Shown here: positions 38,801 to 53,600 of the stretch, in pieces
Layout of the letters: each line of letters begins with the position of its first letter
Numbering within the stretch: position 1 is the stretch's first letter
NCBI GenBank assembly: GCA_050084515.1
Contig: CM114271.1
Coordinates: forward strand, 14,570,001-14,634,000
Reading direction: 5' to 3'
DNA: 64,000 nucleotides
DNA from: Blasia pusilla
Lineage: Eukaryota
The notes under the pieces: generated by a model
Seen by the model: only the letters and a program-made list of their open reading frames with translations
Database searches by the model: none
Told to the model about the DNA's origin: nothing
Program-made: the position numbers and the translations under genes

Positions 38801-41528
38801 AGAGGCTTACTCACCACAACCACCACAAAAGGGACTCTTGAGAAGCTGCTCCCCAACTTTTCCACTATTTCTTGGTCAAACTCATGTGTGTCTCGAAAGC
38901 ATCGAGTGAGCACAAAGATTCCAATCGACCATTGCATGATAAGCTGTCATTTCAGACCAGAAAATGATAATGAATATACTTGTGAAGCAAGAGGGCTCAA
39001 AACAGCGCACTGTATTACGCACATACATTTCACATCCACCATTTTAACCCACTCAATCCCACTCAAAAACTCAGAAACTTGCACGAGTTCACTTGAGTGC
39101 ACAATCCCTTCTGTGTTCTAGAACAATCAGAACGTAATGATTGAACATGCAAGGAAGAACACATGTGGGACAAACTAGGTGGTATATTAGTGTAATCTAC
39201 AGTTTACCTTTCCACAGCACAGAATCCCTAAAGCAACCTAATACAATGAGTTCTATGCATACAATGAAGGTAAACCCAATGCAATAGAGTTATGTTTTGG
39301 TTGAGACAGTGCACGGTGTGTTTCTTTTACTCTTAACATATGATGAAGTAACTAGACATGCGCTGCCACCTCACTGAATGAAACTTCTGTAGATGGAGAG
39401 CACTATCTGCAACTTAACCTTCCACCAATTGGTCCCAAGAGAAAGGAGGAGAAATCTTGCAACGTTTCTGTTGGTCCACTTAGAGAATGAATCTTACCAT
39501 GAGGAGACTTGAAACCATTACAGCCACAAACGTTTTATAGTTCTTCTTGCCTATGCAGTTGTTGAGCCACTGCATCCATACAAGTTTTTCTGGAAAAGTC
39601 ATTACGGATCCCTTTAATCTGGGAACGCTGACTACACAAACCTGGAGAGTGTTGGACGTGATGACAATACTATGATAAAAAAAAAATCGTCATTAGTGAC
39701 ATGCTCACAAGTCTGAGGAGAGAGACCCATGTACATCACACATGCTCGACTGCAAATTAAAAATCTGTATCTTTAAATGAGAACCATACCCGACAGTGAT
39801 GATCAAAGCCATCCACACACTTGTCACATGCTCTGCAGTGCTTGCTGCACTTGAAAATCTGTGACATAACAATGTGTCAATGACATGATCTCATCTTGTC
39901 AAATGTGCAACATCCTCTTTCACAACTTACTGCAGCTTCTCAATTTCAAAGCACTATCCACCCTGGGTTTCGGGTCTATCGATGGAAATCCATGAGAGGC
40001 ACCCCTTAATGCTACCATCTACTTTCAAGCCAAGTAAGGGCAACTTGTTGTCCGAATTACCTCTGCCTCACATAAGCTACAGTAGAGTAGCTCTTCTTCA
40101 GGAATATACTTTTCAGGCTCAGTTTTGTCCCCTACGAAGAGACTTTGGAGAAGCCTAGTCCCTGGGATACATCTCCACAAAATCACAATCGGACAGCACG
40201 CAAGTTTACTTATTTTCCTTGCTGCTATCTCCCAACTGCTCATGCCCTGTGTTTGGAACATCTGCAGGCTTCTGCTAACTTCCTCCTCCATGCGCTCCAA
40301 ACTAGAGCCCTGCCTCCCTGCTTCCCTAAGAAGAATTTCGGCTGATGACTCCGACTTCCTGGCTGCTGCTGCCCTCTGTCGAGCTCTCCGAATGCCATCA
40401 TCCGCAGGATCAATAGCAGCACACCGAACGTAGAGAGTGAAGACCGCAAAAACCTACACATTCATGAACGAATCGGTCCCAGCACTGTCGTTGGTAAGAG
40501 AACCGGTGACACAAAGCTGGTCCTAATAACATGAGATTAGGATGTGGTGTGTACATGAGATTTAGGAAGAAGCTTCTTGCTAGACTGAAGAAAAGGAGAA
40601 ATAGGTACATTGTAAATCATCACTGGAAAGAAATGAGATGGGTACATACCAGAGGAGAGAATCCAGCAACGACATGAAACTTCAGTACATTGCTCCCCAA
40701 AAATGGTATAAAGAAGACGTAAAATGAAAACGCCAACGCACTGAATACAGCAACAGCCACGATCTGGGGACAGTAGTACCAAGAAGTCAACACGGTTTCC
40801 AACCAGAACTTGTACAAGAAGATGGTCAGAGACATGCTTCACAAAAATACAACGAGCAATTAGGATGCTATGTTCCAAGACTCAAAAAATAGACTCTGAA
40901 GTGAACACCACACCAGAATTCCTGAAGTCACCGTTCTTCTCTAACTTTAAGGTGGACAAACGATCGACAGGATAGAGACATGACAGGATTGCGTTGATGT
41001 CCATAGACCTCATATCCATTCGAAAATGCTGGTTTCCCACAACACGTTATGAGGTTGCCAGTCGGATAAAGACATACGACCTCGGATGAAAGACAAAAGG
41101 CAGCTCATGTGAAGTTCTACGTGCTGCTCCATGAAAAACAAGCCACCACAACGCTACTAACTTAAGTGACGAAGCATATTTTTCATTCAACAGAATCCAA
41201 ATAAGTACGAATTTTCCCCGAGGGAAAGAATTCCCTTCATGACCATCAGACGTGTTGAAAGATATGCTGCGTTAATGAATTCTTCGCTCCTTGAAAAGGT
41301 CGGGAGGCTCATGACACGGTGCTCATACTATGAAGTGAGACAGCGTTGACATTAGCCGACTATCACCTCCACGAGATTAAATCAAGTTTCGACATATAAT
41401 GAGTCAACAGCGACTTGAATGACGTCTGAGATGGAAAGATGTGCGCAAGCACATACCAGTTGTGATTACGGAAAGCAATAACTTACCTGCAGAGGATGGT
41501 ACGGGAGCTGCCAGCCATGACGTCGCAT
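35884..41528 (-). CDS. DHHC-type protein S-acyltransferase (palmitoyltransferase), similar to Arabidopsis PAT22, ~780 aa, 9 coding exons
   Basis: Exons 41487-41528 ([14 protein letters not shown]), 40650-40763, 40061-40453, 39790-39858 ([19 protein letters not shown]), 39498-39569 ([11 protein letters not shown]), 38815-38943, 38220-38300, 37793-37996 (GITTYDYI...WCTPPR) and 35884-37122. All introns are GT-AG and phase 0; the spliced frame is open. Confidence 0.95.
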
Positions 41529-44500
41529 TGTACTCAGGTCTCCAACAGAGCCGTGGTATATTACACGGTGGCAGCACTGGAATAATGTCGTCACTTGCAA
41601 GCTCCACATTCCAAAAGATTGAGCTTCCTGTGCCTCTCCATATGTCACTATTGACATGAAAGTGAATAGCTCACACTGCTTTGGACGTTTTCTTTCGGCT
41701 CGCATACAATGACAAGCGGTGCAAACACAAGCGATGATCTTCTGCTTTACCGTGCAATGGCACGCAGCGCATTCCTCCCCTCAGAGCAACAAGTGCCTCG
41801 CTCGCACTCACTCTTCAGAAAGATGTACTTAGAGACCGACGCACTGCTTCCGCGACAGTTGAACCAGACACTTTTCAGCTGAGCATGATGAACTGTATTT
41901 GACGAACGAGTGTAGACAGCAGAAGACAGCATTTGCTTCCTCTTCTGACGATAGTTTCATTACATATGATTCTTGCGTTGCGCAATGCCGTTTCCGCTTA
42001 TTTGTTGCAAGCCATAACATAGAACCACGCAGATCCATACAAATACAACTTCTCCTCGAAGTATCTCACGTGGATCCTGCCGTAAAATCGACAATACAGC
42101 TCAAAGCTTCCCGCACTCGGATAACCCCCACAATGGAGCTCGAAGCTCTGAACACTTAAGTCCACACGACACTCTCTACGCTGAGTAGTTGGTCAAATTC
42201 TTTTCTTCCTTGAACAGCCTTCGGCTCTTAACCCTCCCACCCTACCTCTTTAAATATACCTCGTCCACGACTGGTGCACGCCCGCACGCATTCCCATCTA
42301 TCTCCGAACTCTGCAGCTTCCGCCTCGGTCTCTACAATGCGTGTCAACTCATTTCAGGACAACTACCTCCAGTCCACGACTCCATCGAGTTTCAGACCGC
42401 ATTTCACACCATGCGTCTTCGCTGCTGTGCAACGAAACAATGCGGCAGATGGATTCTCAACTGTTCGTCGGCCATTCCTCCACTTCCATGGCTGCGCTCC
42501 CCCACCATGGACGCTTCCCCTCGACGGAAGCTCGGCTCCTCTCCACTGCGCCTGCTCTGCTCTGCTCTCGCTTCCGTTCTGCGACAGAACTCCTCGAGAA
42601 TCGGGCCCTAATGCAGCGGGCCCAGGGACGACGCGCCGGATGCGGCCCCGCCATTTCTGCCCACTGTCCGCGCCTGCCACGTGGACAGCAATTTACCGCA
42701 ATACACACTTGGGACGAGGTCTGACCGTACGAGTACACGATATCGGCCGTCGATTGTGATCCGATCTACGCGACGTTTTGTGGATGCAACATGAGAAACT
42801 ATATTGGGGACTTATTGTGCGTAGTTATTGCGGGGATGACCTCCTAACATGCACTTTCTGGGCTTGGATTTTGTCATGTATGCGAAAACACCTCGGCGGG
42901 CCTTAGATTCTACATTTATTTTGTCGTTCATTCTGTCACCGTAGCTCGGCCCTCGTTCCGCGCCTTCTTACCGTTTTCCGTTGACTCTCACGCCGTCGTT
43001 GACGTCCACCGCTGCCCTGCGGTCAATCGTTATCGTATTACGTTTCGAAATGAGGGGAGAACGTTTGGCAATTCGAAAGGAAACAGACGTGGGGAGCGAA
43101 TGTGCATATTTCAGACACTTCTAACGCAATCATTTGAATGTTTAAGTTTAATTTTTGTTATGTTAATTTAATTCTTGCGTTACACATGTATATTTGGTCA
43201 TGATTGAAAGATGACCAAATATATATGTGTAACAATGGAGGAAGGTGTATTCAAATCTTATTTAATTATATAAATTATTAATAGCAAGGTTTTGATGGAG
43301 GTCGTGATGACCAGAGTGGATAACCAAGATTTTTGGGGTGTAGAAGTTGTCCACTCTAAGTAAAAAACATCCAACAGTAATTACAAATCTCTGTTTTGGA
43401 AAAATGATTTAGTTTTAGAAATGAGGCCACGACGATTTCTACAGCCATAAATGGGACCTAGCCCTAGCAGAGAATGGAATTAGAAAAACCCTACGTGTTG
43501 ACACTTGTCCTTCCAAACCTCTTCTGTTGTTGATACGTGTCACACTTGAGGAGCAGTAAAATTGAGAGCATCAAAGACGAAAGGGATGAAAAAAAATTCC
43601 CCTCGCCGTACATAGCACACGCACCATATTAGTGGAATATGTATTTATCGCACGATTTTCCTGTGTTAATCTATGGATACAATTCAACATAGCTATAACA
43701 ACTCTATAATATATCGTGATATAGGGATGTCATGTCATAACTATGTGTTTTCCATGCTTTTCTAGTGTATCATATCCTAGGTCTACACAAATTTATTTTA
43801 TTTTTGGAGAGTGCCTCCTCATTTTGCAAACTCCTCTCCTCTTGACACGAGCCAATTTCACCGAGTAGGATCTCTCACCTATTAAACCAATAGGATTGAT
43901 CAAAGTTGATTTTAAATGGCACTTGAGAATTTTAAGACTTAATTATGAGAGGTAAATTTGAATTCACACATCGCATCTGCTTACACAAGTATTACTATGT
44001 GTGCACATGTTGATTATTCTTATAATGGTTCCATCATATCTTTGAGAGGTTTCAACCTACATATATTCTACTATATGGTTATCCTAAACTTGAAGAGTAC
44101 GCTTCAATTTTATGAGAGAAGTCCCAAATGGTGTTGATAATGATGCTCCAATGTTATCTAAATTCAAAATGTTATTTTTGAAATAGTTATCAACATCCTC
44201 TACCAATTGACACATGCATTTATTGCCTTCTTCCGTGACGACAACAAGATAAACTAAATTAATGAGATGTTTTTTCCACGGGTGATTTTTCACGAGGAGT
44301 GCGTTACCCTAGTACCTCTCACTCGAACGAATACCTATCTACAAATTAATAATCCACCTAAAAGAAGGAAAATGATTAAAAAATGAATTACGTGCTCTTT
44401 CGAAATGAAAAGAAAAGAAAAGAATCGTCGATCATGCGCCCAACGAGCGCAATCCATTATGATATGCAGATGGGAACGCTTTCCAGCTACTGCACAGCGC

Positions 44501-44814
44501 CCGCACACGATGAGACGAGCGACGAACAAATTACGGGATAGTTCCGTTTCAAAGCTGCCACGAGATCGACGGACCGACGGCGACGGCCGGCAAGGTCACC
44601 GGCACAGTTGAAAAGAGCGAGTACGGCAGGCTCGGCAATGGGCTCGGGGTAGGGGTAGGCGCCGGGAGCACTCACTCACTCACCTCCAGTGTCGTTTCTC
44701 GGCAGGAACATTTACGAGCAGTCGTGTTCCTCAGACGGCCGAGCCAATGCGTTGTTGGCTGGCTCGCCGCACGGTTCCTCTCCCAACGTGGTTGGTGAGG
44801 TTTATTACTGCTAA

Positions 44815-47800
44815 TGTTGTCGTGGGCTTCCCACCCACGCGACCTTTTCACTCCCACGCTGAGCGACGTCAGTCATTGGCGTCCCATGGAAATGGGGTCC
44901 CCGGGAAATTTAAGTGCGAATAGAATAATACTTAGTAAAATTGAATTTCATAACCCAACCAATCATTATGATCCGAACCCTAAACCCGATCACCCTTCCT
45001 TGGGAATACAGCAAGCGACTTGATTGCCGTCCACTTGCTGCTTTTTTTAACGTTTATGTGGAGGGAAAGGTTAGTACCCTCGACAAGTCCTATTCCCATG
45101 CGGTGAAGTACTTAGTAGGTCGTGTGAGTGACCCGACCTCCGCTAAATTTGGGATTTTTTTTCTTACCTTGGGGGAGCGTTTAGGCGACTCCTTGTTTTT
45201 TTAATAGTTATGGTTTCACTCGTCAAGAGTGGACTATTGCAAATGATTTGGCTTCGACGGACACGTTGGCGGGAATTTGGGTAGCCATTCATGGCCTTGC
45301 ACATATTCATCTTCGGGTTAAGCCATGGAGGATGAGAGTTGAGTTAAGTGGTGAGGGAGATTTAAGCAAAAACGAAAGCACCGCTCGGATGCGAAAACAC
45401 CTCCTGTTGTTCTACACCGGGAGAAGTTGCCCATTGTGCTACAATCTCCTGCACAATAGTAAGGAGAGAGATTAAACCTTATTTTACAATCAAATTTTAG
45501 AGAGGGTTCATGGTTAACTAACCCAATCTCGCGTTGGAAAACCTGAGGATGAATAGGCACGAGGATTCATGGTCGTAAGTCGAAGGATGGGGAAACCTTG
45601 GAGTTATTGTCATAACGAAGTCTAGACTAAAGTGGTCGTAAGACTAGGGATGGGCATGAATCTTCAAACTCTCTCAAGGCACTTGTGGGCAAGGGATGAG
45701 TTTGTGAAAGTAAGGTTAATTAAGGCGAGCACAAGATCCAAGAGGCATGTGTTGGGATCAAGGGGCACGTTCACTCACACATGGTGGGATGACAATAAGG
45801 GAGGATCTCGTCCAGGTCATGGGAAAGAACCTTGGACTAGTCAAGACGTTAATGAAACCTTGAGATTAGTTGAAGAGGATGTGAATAGAGGCAAGATAAA
45901 CCATGAAATGTCAAGTTGTGGAATACACAAACGTAGGAATGATGGCTGGTGGAGATTTGGGAGAATTGAGATGGTTAGGACTGGCTATTAAACTAAATCC
46001 AATAACCGTATGAGCCCCACTAGAATCTGGGAATCAAGGCTCGTGCTTAGGTTGAGGGCCATTAGCAATGGCCGGAGATTAGGGTGACATAGGAATGGTG
46101 AGCGTTATGATAACCCCAAAATAATATAGAGGGTCGATCTCTCTATCCCAAGGATATTATTCAGGGAGCAACTTGATGCATTAGCCTCATCAAGGGTAAG
46201 TGAGCAAAATCTTGGTTAAGAGTTAAGGATAAACCTCCACAAGGATAGATGTTAGATATTGTCATGTCTCTTGTAATAAAACAATGAATATTCGTAGAAC
46301 ATATTCAAGGAAATCAAAAGCCCATCTCAAGAGGTTGAGGATGACCTAGAAAGGACTATAATAACTTAAGTGTTCATGTCGTCGCCTATATATTTTTGGC
46401 TCATTTGGAGCTATATTGAGGAATTGATCATTTTGGATACATTCCCTATTTTAAGAAGAGTTGATTTTCCATTAAGGGAAAGTGATCCTTGATTTACTAT
46501 CAAGGGTCACAAGTCATAAGGGGAAAGGAAAAGGGGTATACCCAAGGAGAGAGATTAGAAGCTCATTCTCTCTTTTGTTGAATCTCCTTCCATGATGGAG
46601 AGGAATTATGATCCTTCTTGTCTTGCAAGTAATCCAAGCCTCTCGTTAGGAGAGTGGATTTAGAGAGAGAGCGAGAGTTGTGATCCCCAAATTTACAAAG
46701 GGAGAATTAGAGCTCTACAATTACGGAGTTTTGGAGCACGAGCTTGGTGTCAACTTTGGTTTTGCAAGTTGGGGACCATGTTTCCTATTCATTGGCTCAT
46801 GAGGGTGCTCATAGGAGCGAGAGCTACTTAATTCACAATTCCTATTAGAGGATCTTTTGTGCATTACCAATCTGCACATACGCTCTTGAATTTTCTTCAA
46901 AATTTGAGTATGGGGAGTGATCTACGATAGAAGGGCTTCTATAAGAACTTGGAACCTTGCTATTTTTTATATTTACGGGTTTGAGTTTTGTGTGGAAGAA
47001 ATCAACGTGGAACCAATGCCAAACAAAATTTTAAATTCCAATAACAAGGTGGTTGTGATAGCCCCACGAGAATGGCAACCGATTTGTGGTCAAATTTCAA
47101 ATCAACAAGTTGTTTGGTTGATATTGTGCACGAATCTTTGATCTATTGTATCACAAACTTAGCATTCTTATTGGAACTCCAATATGATCATGATGGGTGG
47201 TGTTTGTATCACAGGCTATCTTACATCCACCAAAAATTTGGCATTGGTTTAGGGTTTAGGGTAATAAAGTTTGTTTTAGGGGTAATAAAGTTTAAAAAAT
47301 AATTGAGGAAAGCAAGTAAATTTGGTTGTTTAGGGAGAAAGGGAGTAAAACAAAAAATTTGTGGGATTCAACTCCTTTTAAAAAATGGTTACCTTCACTA
47401 TAACAGATTTAGTGAATTGATGCATTTTCAGCTGATAGTTGAGATAAAAAGAAGAAGAAGGTAGGATGGATTTAGTTAGTTTACCCCTTTTTAAGAAGAT
47501 ATTGAATTTTATAAAAGAAAGGTAGGGGGATTTAGTGAGTTGAGCCCTTTCTTAAGGGGGAATCTAGTTGACCTAGGGTCAACTCGATTAGGGGGGACAT
47601 TTAAGTGAGGCCTTCATTGGCTTGAGTACGTATGACATGGGGATGGCATGCTTATTGAAGTGTTTTAGTTGCCCACCACATCATGTGAGCATGGAGATGG
47701 TATTAAGCTTACCTCATGTTTTTAGATAGTTATGGTGGATATGATGGATATACTCTTAGAACTTATGCTTGAGCCTTCTAGGCAGGCTTCAGCAACTACA

Positions 47801-48950
47801 GAGAAATTCTCTATTTAGCTAGTTTTGGAGGTGGAATTTATTGTCTGCGGTTTTTTTGTGGATTCAAGAGCGCAACCCTTCAAGTTAGGGAAGGTAGGAT
47901 TTGAGAATTTAGACCTAACTTAGATGTATATTAAGCATCGTTCTTTCAAGATTCACACATCATTGGCTTGAGCTAATACAATGAAATTCATCACCCAAGA
48001 TAAAGTAGTGGTGAGGCTTAGACCAAGACATCCAACCAATGAGTTAGTGATTGTCGTAGAGTCTATGCTCTAATTCTCCTAGTGTCACATCGGAGCTCTC
48101 CCTAACTTGAGCTTTGCAAGCGGAAGACTTAGTTGGAGTCCAAAAGACTCAACTGGTTGAGCGTTTGGTAAGTAGCTAAGAAGCCACCAAAGACTAATCA
48201 AAGCGAGTCTTCCCAAGTACGTAGTGTCTCCCTAGGGGGACTCTTCCCTAAGCCTTGACCAATCTCCCCAAGTTGCTCATCTAAACCAAAGCGCGTCGAT
48301 TAATTCCGCAAGGTGCGTCGCTTAGCTAAAACTTGAAATACGACCAAACACGCATCACACTTAGTTCATGGTTCAAGGGCTTGAATGGGTAGAGAGAGAG
48401 TGTGTCTTCCCCTATAGGTACTTTTGGGTTTCTACGAGGGTACCCCACCTTCTCCATTGTTCCCCTCGTGCATTTGATTTTGGCCCTCAACCCAAACATG
48501 GTTTGCAATTCCATTAACCAACGTTTAACTATTTATACATTAAGATGGTCGAGTTGAAGCTTCTTGCAATTTTTGCTACTCTTGGATTCCAAAATGCATC
48601 TTAGATCTCAGACGTGAGTTTCATGTCTCATAGCTAAGGCCCGCCTTGACTCTTCATTTGGCATCTCATGGTTGACTTGTCACCCTTTACGTTTCGCAAC
48701 AAGTCTCATGGCGTCTCGCCCCTCTTGACTACTCATGCATTACTTACTTCTCATCCTTAACTTGGCGTTTGGCTCCAAGGTCTAAAACCTTACTTCCCTT
48801 GGCTTTGTCCGCACGAGTGAAAGAGAGCCCAAGGAGAAAAAGTTTGAGTATTTCAAAGCTTCAAAAAGAGTGGCACATGTCAATTACCTACAAATCGAAA
48901 AGGATAGATGTCAATAAGGAGAGATGGCACTCCTATAAGGGCACTCTCCC
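44815..48950. mobile_element. Degraded LTR-retroelement-like sequence
   Basis: Abrupt start at TGTTG after a GC-rich block. CpG-poor and stop-riddled, with LTR-like texture similar to 3800-4640. No clear domain or partner LTR identified. Confidence 0.35.
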
Positions 48951-50449
48951 ATAATAATAATATATATGAGGATCTTGCAACGTTTGCAAAAGCACCAATC
49001 TTGTTCTCTAGCTTATATTCTTAAGAATAAAATGTTGTTGGGTGACTCTCACACATAAGTGGTGAGGAGTGTACACCAAGTTTATCCATGGATCAAACCA
49101 AGAATATTTTTGGATATGGTGAATTTAGGTTCACTTGCACGCCACCTATACCTTTAATTAAAAAAATTGATGCCACATGAGATTTTGAAGAGGACGTATG
49201 CGAGAGTGGAGAAACCCTCCCATTGGTTGGATAATTCCATTTTGGATCTAGATCATTGATCACACGTAGTGAGGCATGACGATCAACCTCTATTGACATT
49301 GGTCAACAAGGTTAGCATGCTATGGGCACACACTACTATATTTAAAAAAATTGCAAGTGCCAACAGCCATAAACCATTCGCAACAAAATGGCTACATAAA
49401 GGTAAGAAAATTGCAAATTTATGAGTGTGGTAATGCAACATAATTACATGACTATGATTTCACACTTCGCCCCTACTTCACAACTTGGAAGTGTCGTATT
49501 ATTAAACTCGCAAGATGGTCACAATGACTTGCAAATCAATTACAACACAATAAAAAATAGCCACAACACAACTGCCTTGAACTTGCACTTGCCTTGAAAA
49601 GAGCATCTAACTTATGAGTATGTATAGTGGCAAATGAGTTGCAAAAACACAATGGCAACGTATTTGCAAAGTAGTGGTTTCTTGCCATCTCAAACTAGTT
49701 TTTTCTGTTTTGGGGGGCTCTATTTGGACTCATATTTTGGTCTATGAAACACATTTTTGAGAGAGGAGGGGGGGGAGGGGAGGAGGAATATGTTACCTTC
49801 CAATTATTTCTTAAGGATTGATTTTATTTTACTCCTTCAATTCAACATTTTTGAATAGAAACATAGAAGAAAATGAGGTTCACTTAACTTCACTTATCAA
49901 CATGTCCCTCAATAGAAAAGAAAATATTGTCTTTTAGTGGGATTTTAAAGCAAAGTTTAGAATTAGCTACACTATAGAAAGAAAATGGTTGCTAGGTGAA
50001 AAGAGAAGTGTTAGAAAGTTTGGAGGAAAAGAAAAAATAAAGCTGATTGGAGGCAAAAGAGGAATTTATGGCCAAGAATTATGTGATGCGACTCACACAG
50101 TAGTCGCAATTTACAAGTTCCAACACTCACGAAGTAGTTGTGAGTTGCAACTTTATTGTGAATCTCGTCATTCTTACTTTGCAAGTCCATGCATTCACAC
50201 TGTGTGACTTCATGGTGACTTGTAGTTGCAATGTCACATGTGGCTACCTTACTGCTTTCTTGTGATTGCTATGACTTGCAAATAGCTTTCGAGTGTTGAG
50301 AATCCCAAAACATTAGAGACTCAAAAAATTATTGTTAGAAAAAAATATGTGGCACAACTTGCATTTTCAAATTAAAGTTGCAAAGAAGCCATAAAGTTAT
50401 AAATTGGACTTGCAAATCAGTGGCAAGCAAAAGAAAATCCATTGTAGTG

Positions 50450-53400
50450 AGAACTATTGGCGTTGGTGAGTTTTCATGCCTCTTATGTGTAGAAGGAAGG
50501 CAATATTTTCTTGGTTTAAGATGATTAGGCACACAAATTAATGGAGCCCAACATTGATGAATGAGAGCGCGTGATGGGATTTCCCACAAGTTTGACAACA
50601 ATATTATTTTTGTCAAAGGTGTCTTAATGCAATGTTCTAGGTCAACCAATGGAATTGAATTTCTTGACAAAGATTGTGAGCATATGAATAGAGAAAAGTT
50701 GAATCCAATTATGAGATATAATCTCAAGGGACTTGTTAGACCTTTTACTATTGAGGTGATATAGGTAGTTATTGGGGGTTAGACTAGAGGAGATCGATAG
50801 ATCAAAGATGATTGGGAGAGATATCCATGGACTTCTTGGGATCAGATGTTGGTGGATCTAGAGATGGGAGTCATTGCACTTAGCATGGTGCATGGTTCTA
50901 CATACCAAGGAGCACTAGAAGGATAGATATATAAATTAATTATAGATGATAAATTGAGTAACATTGTTACTAACAGGGTTGCACAATAGAAGGCCATCCG
51001 GCCCACCCCTATGTCAAAGAAATATTATTTTAGTTATGATGGAAACTTAGGAGCTAAATAGCGGGCATAATTTGATTAGAGAAGATCAACATCAAGTAGA
51101 TCCCTTCATAGGGAGTTACAAGAGTTATATTTCATTTAATATGCATCATTTGGGTACACCGAAGGGTCAAATAATCCGTATTGATTTGTCTATGGGTACA
51201 TCAATATTTTAACAACCCAACATGTATAGTGAGTGATATGGAGAGAGAGCCCTAATTTAAAGTTAGAGCTAAGGCTTAAATGAGGTAAGATAAGTGGAGA
51301 TCTCATATGGATGTTATACATGTGTCATACTCACATCTGCCAAAAAGTATGTGCATGGAAATTGGACTGATTGGAAAATATATCAATATATAAATTGACA
51401 GAGAAAGCTTGATAGATATATAATTCCCACTCTTGATTATGAAGAGATCTTAAATATTATTTGGCATGCAAAGGTATTTGGCTCATTTATTAGATCTTTG
51501 AGCTAGATAACATCAAATTCTTATTAGAGTGGAAGACAAATAAAAGACAATATTTTGGAGCACCATTGATCCTCATGGGAAGGATTGTTTGTATCGATGG
51601 AGGCTCTTACTATTTGGATTAAAGAATGCCCCAACAGAGTTCTATAGAGTCATGGTAGGATCTTTGTAGTTTTGGACTTTGTTAGATATTACATTAATGA
51701 TATTGTAGTCTTTAGCCCTATAGTTGAGATACATAAGCAACATCTTGCGGAGATACTTCAACACTTATAATTATATGGGCTAAAGCTATATCTAGGCAAA
51801 TGCACGTTCCGTTGTGGCCGGATTGAGTAGTTGGATCATATGTACCAAGGTGGACTTGGTATTCAACAGATGGAGATAGAGGCTCTCTCATGGATACCTA
51901 TAGATATGGATCGAGTTGGTGTGCTCATGTATGGGATTGGAGAACTTCTATCAACGTTACTTAAAGAGATCCAGTATAATTGCAAAGTCTCTTATCTTAT
52001 TGATGAACGTGAATGATGAGTAGAAATGGGGATATAGTTGAGATATCGATGTTACTTCCTCAGTAATCCATTTACTCTTATCATTGATCATATCAACCAC
52101 TAAAATGGTTGATGGAGTCCAATAAACTTACAAGAAATCTTGGCAAGTTTACTCCGTCATTACGCAATATAATTTCTAAGTGATATATCAATTAGGAAAA
52201 CTCAGCCAAGATGCATCTGTGTTGAGTTTTAACATATGGTAGAGTCAGCTAGATGCAAGTAGAGCTCGTTGGCATGATGAGAGTAATGAGGAGATAGTTC
52301 CTAAATGACAAGTATGCATAACCTTATTCGGGCTTGTTGCCCACAAAGGGCAATATCGCATCAACTCCGATATGAGGTCAGATGAAGAGTCCTTAGATCT
52401 TGAGGCTACAAAGAAGGTGATAGTAAGTGACATGCTAGGAGGATGGGATATTCTTGGAGTTCTTATATACGTACAACATAGTGGACATAATGGGTATGAG
52501 AGCAAGATTGGATCCTACAGGGAGTAAGATGATTCAACTGGCAGGGGATACATCCATATTTTATGAGTTTGGGAGGATGGTAGAATATGAATGATGCTTC
52601 ATCCTTCGTAAAGAGCCCAACCAATGCAACATGTCCACAAGGAGTTGGGATATTTTGGAATAAAATTGAGTGAAACATAGATGTAAGCATGTTCTCAATA
52701 AGCAAGGATGTTTACAAGAGACATATTTATGGCATTCAAAAACTTGGATATTGCACAACATTAAGACACATGTGTGGATGGACAAGGAGATTACAGATTT
52801 GCAATTTTTTGGTGTCATTTAGAAGACTATATCTACTTACAGTTAAACCTACAACATTGGATATTACAACAAAGTGCACTATCTTGAGAGTGAGTGAGGT
52901 ATTGCCATTTGGTGTTATATTTGTAGAAAGATATGATGGTGTAATTTGGAAATATTGTATGCATAATTATGCGTAATGTTATCTTCTTAATATTGGTATG
53001 ATAGGTGATCTAAGATGGGTAGTGGTACTTACAAGCTTGCAACGTATGTTGTTTCGATTAACGAGAGGTAAAACTATAATGCTAATTTATGATGGACTTT
53101 CAACAGGATGGCATATAGAAATTTTGATGCGACATTTTATTATAGTTCCTCAAGGATAATAGATGTATCCCAGATATGCATAAAATAGGCACCTAGACAC
53201 TTAGATTTGCTCAAGTGATATGGATGAAAGAAAGATGATTAACGATGAGGCCACATGAGCATCCAAGCATCTAAGCATCACATGCATAGAGGGTTATGTA
53301 TGAGGTAATCTCACAAATAGCTAGGTAGACATAGGTGGCTATGTAGAGTTAGATGGACCTAACCACCAATTATGGGTTGCTTGGAGATATTTTGGGAGTT

Positions 53401-53600
53401 GCTTACCTAGTGTTTTGTGTGTTTGATTAGTAACATCGATGTATGTGGTGTAGCAACGTGAATGCATACGATCATATGTTTTGTAACAAAATAGAGAGTG
53501 CCCATATGACACTTTAAGGAGACTAGAGGCCAAACGTAGTAGGCCAAGGATGACTTGATGAGGAATGACAGGGCAACTTAGAAATGCAAGTTTTCCCTAG
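50450..53600 (+). mobile_element. Second, older 5'-truncated copy of the DNMT-Gypsy family (DNMT C-terminus, RT, RNase H, integrase remnants)
   Basis: 50454-50686 reads LVSFHASYV*...LMEPNIDE*ERVMGFPT...NVLGQPMELNFLT (DNMT motifs IX-X). Then RYPWTSWD linker, RT AKKYVHGNWTD, FGLKNAP and YINDIVVFS (~51330-51800), and decayed RNase H/integrase sequence. Confidence 0.8.

Noticed and set aside
42189-42759. Overlapping 100-160 aa ORFs
   Set aside because: GC-rich promoter/5' UTR of the S-acyltransferase gene; no recognisable domain.
47245-47285. TTTAGGG telomere-like repeats
   Set aside because: Only 2-3 units inside a degraded repeat; too short to call an interstitial telomere.
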